Source of the DNA: an uncultured SAR86 cluster bacterium
GTDB taxonomy: Bacteria > Pseudomonadota > Gammaproteobacteria > Magnimaribacterales > AG-339-G14
Length of the DNA: 64,000 nt
Direction: 5' to 3'
NCBI GenBank assembly: GCA_902566305.1
Contig: CACFIK010000006.1
Coordinates: 1,731 to 65,730 of the forward strand
Part shown: piece by piece, positions 60,803 through 64,000 of the stretch
Layout: each line of letters opens with the position of its first letter
How positions within the stretch are numbered: the first letter of the stretch is position 1
The notes under the pieces: generated by a model
Seen by the model: the letters and a program-made list of their open reading frames with translations, nothing else
Told to the model about the DNA's origin: nothing
Databases searched by the model: none
Made by a program: the position numbers and the translations under genes

Positions 60803-62407
60803 TTAGAACTGATTCATCGTATTATCCTTACCACCTGCTTTAAGGGCTTTATCACCGGAAAAATACTCTTTGTGAGTGTCACCAATTGTTGACCCAGCAA
60901 GATCTTGGTGTTTCACAGATGACATATCTCTTCTAATTTCTTGTCTTTGAATACCTTTGACATAAGCTAGCATTCCTTCGTCACCAAAATAACCTTCAGT
61001 TAATGTTGCAGTTCCCAAAGCTGTTTCGTGATAAGTGGGCAGAGTTATTAGATGATGGAAAATTCCTGCTTCTCTAGAAGCATCTTTTTGGAAAGTTTGT
61101 ATAAGGTTATCTGCTTCTAAAGCCAATTCAGAATCGTCAAACTTTACATCCATTAAACCTTTAGGATTCGAAGAAGGATCTGGATATGCCGAAACATCCT
61201 TACCTGCATCAACCCATTCTTTGTAAACTTGTTCTCTGAATGACAAAGTCCAATTAAAAGATGGAGAATTGTTATAGACTAGCTTAGCCTTAGGTTCGAC
61301 TTTTCTGATTGCATTAACCATGTCAGCAATTTGCTGTACGTTCGGTTTTTCTGTCTCAATCCATAAAAGATCAGCTCCATTTTGTAAGCTTGTAATACAA
61401 TCAAGGACTACTCTGTCAAAACCTGTGCCTTCTTTAAATCTGTATAGGCCATTAGGAAGACGAACAGGTTTAACTAAAACACCGTTTTGATGGATAGTTA
61501 TATCGTTTTCATCTAGTTCTTCAAGGTTAGTAATTTCTTCGGTTTCAAGAAAAGAATTATATTTATCTGCCAAGTCGCCTTGTTCTTGCATTACTGGTAC
61601 TTTCTGAGTAAGTCCTGCTCCCAAAGAATCAGTTCTAGCAACTATCAACCCGTTTTCTACACCTAGCTCTAGAAATGCATACCTAACTGCATTAATTTTA
61701 TGCAAGAAATCTTCGTGAGGAACAGTAACTTTTCCATCCTGATGTCCACATTGTTTTTCATCAGAAACCTGATTCTCAATCTGAATGCAACACGCTCCAG
61801 CTTGAATCATTTTCTTTGCTAATAAATAGGTTGCTTCTTCATTACCAAAACCCGCATCGATATCTGCAATTATTGGAACTACATGAGTTTCAAAATTATC
61901 TATTTTGGATATAACTTCTGATTCATCCCCACCATTCTCTCTAACTTCATCTAATTCGTTAAATAGATGTTGTAACTCAACAGCATCAGCCCTTTTTAAA
62001 AATGTATATATCTCTTTAATTAGGTTTGGAACGGCTAATTTCTCATGCATGCTTTGATCTGGAAGAGGGCCAAAGTCTGATCTTAGAGCAGCCACCATCC
62101 ATCCGCTTAAATATACATATCTTTTATTAGTTGTTTCTCTGGATTTTTTTATCTCCATCATCATTTGTTGAGCAGTAAAACCATGCCAACAACCTAACGA
62201 TTGAGTATAAACAGATGAATCTCCGTCATATTCAGACATATCTTTATGCATGATGTCTGCAGTATATTTAGCTATATCCAAACCTGTTTTGAATCTATTT
62301 TGTAAATCCATTCGAGCTGCGTTTTCAGCAGAAATATTTTTGTATAAATCTCCACCTTTAGCTATTAATTGCTCAAAATGTTCTACAGTCTTTTTATAAT
62401 CAAGCAT
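60803..62407 (-). CDS. aceA: Isocitrate lyase (Pseudomonas-type, 534 aa)
   Basis: YLSGWM, PIIADIDAGFG, EKQCGH, ARTD, WIET, YNNSPSFNW. Confidence 0.96.
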   Translation of the reverse strand: MLDYKKTVEHFEQLIAKGGDLYKNISAENAARMDLQNRFKTGLDIAKYTADIMHKDMSEYDGDSSVYTQSLGCWHGFTAQQMMMEIKKSRETTNKRYVYLSGWMVAALRSDFGPLPDQSMHEKLAVPNLIKEIYTFLKRADAVELQHLFNELDEVRENGGDESEVISKIDNFETHVVPIIADIDAGFGNEEATYLLAKKMIQAGACCIQIENQVSDEKQCGHQDGKVTVPHEDFLHKINAVRYAFLELGVENGLIVARTDSLGAGLTQKVPVMQEQGDLADKYNSFLETEEITNLEELDENDITIHQNGVLVKPVRLPNGLYRFKEGTGFDRVVLDCITSLQNGADLLWIETEKPNVQQIADMVNAIRKVEPKAKLVYNNSPSFNWTLSFREQVYKEWVDAGKDVSAYPDPSSNPKGLMDVKFDDSELALEADNLIQTFQKDASREAGIFHHLITLPTYHETALGTATLTEGYFGDEGMLAYVKGIQRQEIRRDMSSVKHQDLAGSTIGDTHKEYFSGDKALKAGGKDNTMNQF

Positions 62408-62432
62408 TTACAGTCCTCTTCTCAATGAATAC

Positions 62433-63797
62433 TTATTTTAATTTTGCTAGATAGCTAGTTAAGCCGGTGTATTGTATAGGAGTTAGCTTAAGAAGTTTAG
62501 TTTTATCTACTTCATTAATAGGAAGATTTTCTATTAAGTTGCGGTAACTTTCTTTATTTAGTTCTTTCCCTCTAGTTAATTTTTTTATGGTGTTATAACT
62601 ATTAGAAATTTTATTTTTTCTCATTACGGTCTGTATTGCTTCTGCTAAAACTTCCCAACTTTCCTGCAACTCCTCTTTAATTTTTTTCTTATTTGGTTCG
62701 AGTTTTTTAAGCCCTTTATTCAATGAATTAAGAGAAATTTCTAAATATGCAAAACAAAGACCAATATTTCTGCTCACTGTTGAATCGGATAAGTCTCTCT
62801 GTAATCTAGAAATTTGTAATTTATTTTTGATAGCAGGAATTAAGCTATTTGATAAAGATAAATTTCCTTCAGCATTTTCGAAATCAATAGGATTGACTTT
62901 GTGCGGCATAGTTGATGAGCCTACCTCGGTCGAAGAAATTTTTTGTTTAAGATAATCTTTAGATATATAAAGCCAAGTGTCCTTTGATAAATCTAGTAAT
63001 ACATTATTTAAATTTTCTACGTTAGATAATAAGAATACCAGATTATCTTTAAACTCAATTTGAGATGAAATTAGAGAATATTCAAGATTGAATGAAGAAA
63101 TAAATTTTTTAGTAATTTTTGGCCAATCGATTTTAAAGTCTAGTACATAATGAGCATTAAAATTTCCTACAGCCCCATTAAATTTTGCAGATTGTTTAGA
63201 TTCATTAATTTTATTTTGATGAAAGGAAATTCGATGATAAAAATTCTTAAATTCTTTTCCTAGGGAAGTAGGACTAGCTTTCTGACCGTGCGTGAAGGAA
63301 AGCATAGAAATATTTGCCCATTTGACAGCCATCTTATTAATTTCTTTATTAAAAGACTTTAGATTTGGCAATAAACATTCAGTTCTATATCTTTCAACCA
63401 TTAAAGCATAAGATAGGTTATTGATATCTTCAGAAGTACAACAAATATGCACAAATTCACTCAGTTTGGATAATCCCAATGATTCAAGCTGCTTTACTAT
63501 ATAAACTTCTACGGCTTTTACATCATGATTTGTAATTTTTTCTATATATTTAACTTTTGAAGCTTCCTTCAGATTAAAATTTAAATAGATTTTCTCAATT
63601 TTTTTATGTTGATTTTTATTAGTCGAAGGTAAAAATTTAAAACTTTTTGTATTTAATAAAAATAACAACCATCTTATTTCTACTTCAACTCTCGTTTTGA
63701 TGAGAGCAAATTCAGAAAAATAATTTTCAAGTTCCTTTATTTTATTTTTATATCTTCCATCAATAGGAGATATTGATAAAAGCGATTCTTTAGTCAT
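62433..63797 (-). CDS. purB: Adenylosuccinate lyase
   Basis: ISPIDGRY, TNHDVKAVE, TSEDIN, GSSTMPHKVNPIDFENAEGN. Confidence 0.97.
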   Translation of the reverse strand: MTKESLLSISPIDGRYKNKIKELENYFSEFALIKTRVEVEIRWLLFLLNTKSFKFLPSTNKNQHKKIEKIYLNFNLKEASKVKYIEKITNHDVKAVEVYIVKQLESLGLSKLSEFVHICCTSEDINNLSYALMVERYRTECLLPNLKSFNKEINKMAVKWANISMLSFTHGQKASPTSLGKEFKNFYHRISFHQNKINESKQSAKFNGAVGNFNAHYVLDFKIDWPKITKKFISSFNLEYSLISSQIEFKDNLVFLLSNVENLNNVLLDLSKDTWLYISKDYLKQKISSTEVGSSTMPHKVNPIDFENAEGNLSLSNSLIPAIKNKLQISRLQRDLSDSTVSRNIGLCFAYLEISLNSLNKGLKKLEPNKKKIKEELQESWEVLAEAIQTVMRKNKISNSYNTIKKLTRGKELNKESYRNLIENLPINEVDKTKLLKLTPIQYTGLTSYLAKLK

Positions 63798-64000
63798 GAC
63801 TTATAAATTTCTCCACCACCTAAACAAACATTATCCTGATAAAAGACAATTGATTGACCTGGAGTTATGGCTCTTTGAGGTTTTACAAATTCTACACTAA
63901 ACGTTTTACCTTTTTTCGATAGGATGCACTCTTGATCATCTTGTCTGTATCTAATTTTGGCTTCCAGTTTTATAGGTTTGGTCAGATTAGGTTCACAGAT
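63794..64000 (-). CDS. mnmA: tRNA 2-thiouridylase MnmA, C-terminal part (5'-partial)
   Basis: Minus-strand translation ..AKIRYRQ..VEFVKPQRAITPGQSIVFYQDNVCLGGGEI*; ATGA overlap with purB. Confidence 0.93.
   Translation of the reverse strand: MCEPNLTKPIKLEAKIRYRQDDQECILSKKGKTFSVEFVKPQRAITPGQSIVFYQDNVCLGGGEIYKS

Overview
Low-GC, very tightly packed bacterial chromosome segment. Gene order and content (trxB-ftsK-lolA-serS; lolC/E-lolD-msbA/lpxK-kdsB-murB; etf; mfd-gap-nqrABCDEF-apbE-nqrM; aceA-purB-mnmA) point to a streamlined marine gammaproteobacterium, probably SAR86-like (inference, no database search run). Most of the window is housekeeping and fatty-acid/aromatic catabolism. Four things stand out. 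(1) A ~1.76 kb one-gene integrative cassette sits UPSTREAM of tRNA-Ser(TGA). It is bounded by a 90-bp direct repeat of the tRNA promoter plus 5' half, carries paired arm-like repeats, and holds what looks like the decayed C-terminal tip of a tyrosine integrase. (2) An unannotated, strongly structured RNA with its own promoter and terminator lies between a LOG gene and trpS. (3) A putative nucleoside-scavenging locus combines a TonB receptor, PfkB kinase, 2OG-Fe(II) oxygenase and CNT transporter. (4) MsbA and LpxK are fused, and several divergent gene pairs appear to use leaderless bidirectional promoters.
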